Positions 62,853 through 64,000 of a stretch of 64,000 nucleotides of DNA are shown one piece after another; the stretch's first letter is position 1, and each line of letters begins with the position of its first letter. Both the position numbers and the translations under genes were made by a program. Where the stretch lies: sequence record PV654397.1. One strand, given 5' to 3'. The notes under the pieces were generated by a model. That model saw nothing but the letters and a program-made list of their open reading frames with translations, made no database searches and had not been told where the DNA came from.

Positions 62853-64000
62853 TTAGAATACATCATCAAGAGTTGTATACTCAACAGTACTGAAACCATC
62901 CTCTTTAACTACTTTTAGGATTTTCTCAGTCTTAGAAAGCAATTCTTCTCTGTGAGAAATGGCATATACATTCTTACCACGCACAGCAGCCATATCTTGG
63001 AAGATAGACCACACGCGAAGAACACCACTTGAATCAAGACCTTGGTCAATCATCTCATCAATGATAAGAATATTGATACTTTGATACAATGACTCATATG
63101 TATCACGGAAAGCACAAGATAAAGCAATGTTTACCCTTGTACGCTCACCACGACTAAGCTGTTTATAGTCAAAGTACTGACCACTTTTCTCAATTTCTAC
63201 ACTCAAATCATTCAAGAACACAACATTATGTTCAGAACCACACATATCAATGTAATATTGAAGACGTGTATTCAGATACGAAATGTTTTGTTCAATAATA
63301 CGCTTACGGACATAAGAATCCTTGTTTAACAACAATTTAACCAAGAAATCTTGGTGATTTGCCATCTTATCAAGGTTATTATAGTCACTATAGTCTATTG
63401 GTACTAATGAATCGGTCGTAAGTGTATTAATTTGTCCAATAAATGTGTTAGTAGTTTTCAATTCACGATCTAATTGCTGCGATAATGAAGTTACTGTCAT
63501 TTCTAACTCTTTTACTTCAGATTTATTCAATGTATCTGGTACTTCTTGAAGAACATGTGCGTTCAGTTCTTCATATGATGACATAAGTTCATTAGCATAG
63601 ATGTTAATTTGCTCTTCTTCACTCTTTTTAATAAGTTCTTGAAGCTTATGCTCATGCATTTGTGCTTCAGTTAGTGTAGAATAGAATGTCACAGGCTTAG
63701 GTGGCATATCAAAAATCTCAATACTATCAATTTCCTGAAGTATTGTTTCAATTTCAGAAGCGGAACTATCAATTTTCGATTGAAGTTCATTAATAGTATT
63801 TTGAATTTTATCTTTAATAGACGAAGTATGTTCATTATGTTCTAATTCGGACATACAAAGTGGACATTTACTACTCTCCACTGTTGCTAATTTGTCCACC
63901 TCAGCACGTAACGAACTCTCATGACCATTTAAAGCCACCTTTAATGCGTTAAGTTTTTGTTCTTTGAAACGTTTTTGGTTATTATTCTCTTTTAGAATAC
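62853..64000 (-). CDS. gp46: SbcC/Rad50-like recombination ATPase (gp46-like), 5' part beyond the window
   Basis: Zn hook CPLC, LSRGERTR, ILIIDEMIDQGLD, ISH; frame open to the window edge. Confidence 0.92.
   Translation of the reverse strand, partial: ILKENNNQKRFKEQKLNALKVALNGHESSLRAEVDKLATVESSKCPLCMSELEHNEHTSSIKDKIQNTINELQSKIDSSASEIETILQEIDSIEIFDMPPKPVTFYSTLTEAQMHEHKLQELIKKSEEEQINIYANELMSSYEELNAHVLQEVPDTLNKSEVKELEMTVTSLSQQLDRELKTTNTFIGQINTLTTDSLVPIDYSDYNNLDKMANHQDFLVKLLLNKDSYVRKRIIEQNISYLNTRLQYYIDMCGSEHNVVFLNDLSVEIEKSGQYFDYKQLSRGERTRVNIALSCAFRDTYESLYQSINILIIDEMIDQGLDSSGVLRVWSIFQDMAAVRGKNVYAISHREELLSKTEKILKVVKEDGFSTVEYTTLDDVF

Overview
This window is part of an AT-rich (roughly 35% GC by eye) T4-related jumbo myovirus genome, most similar in gene content to the RaK2/GAP32-type group, with a probable gammaproteobacterial host. 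It is almost fully coding, mostly on the minus strand. It carries replication/recombination genes (topo II B, Dda, DnaB-like helicase, primase, UvsW/X/Y, gp32, clamp, family-B polymerase, EndoVII, gp46), nucleotide metabolism (nrdAB, DHFR, NTP-PPase), host-like translation/proteostasis genes (IF3, ClpS, YggL, GroES), head genes (portal, protease, scaffold, MCP), terminase and two holin-like genes. Main finding: three genes (large terminase and both T4-T-like holin paralogs) are broken by the same +1 frameshift, an in-frame CGG followed by A, where skipping the C restores a GGA (Gly) frame. In the terminase this rebuilds the Walker A motif RQM-GKTT. My manual scan found no other in-frame CGG in any intact gene here. 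This suggests a CGG(A)-gated recoding switch on packaging and lysis genes; a systematic assembly error is not excluded. Other signals: a non-standard promoter class TGAGAC-N17-TAyAAT before replication genes, about 5-fold enrichment of the palindrome AGTACT, a ~450-nt structured ORF-less transcription unit, a -1 slippery site in a tail/baseplate chaperone, a minimal Pol III-alpha catalytic protein, and a degenerate terminase-ATPase paralog. I found no tRNA or CRISPR array. There are two frame-preserving N gaps.
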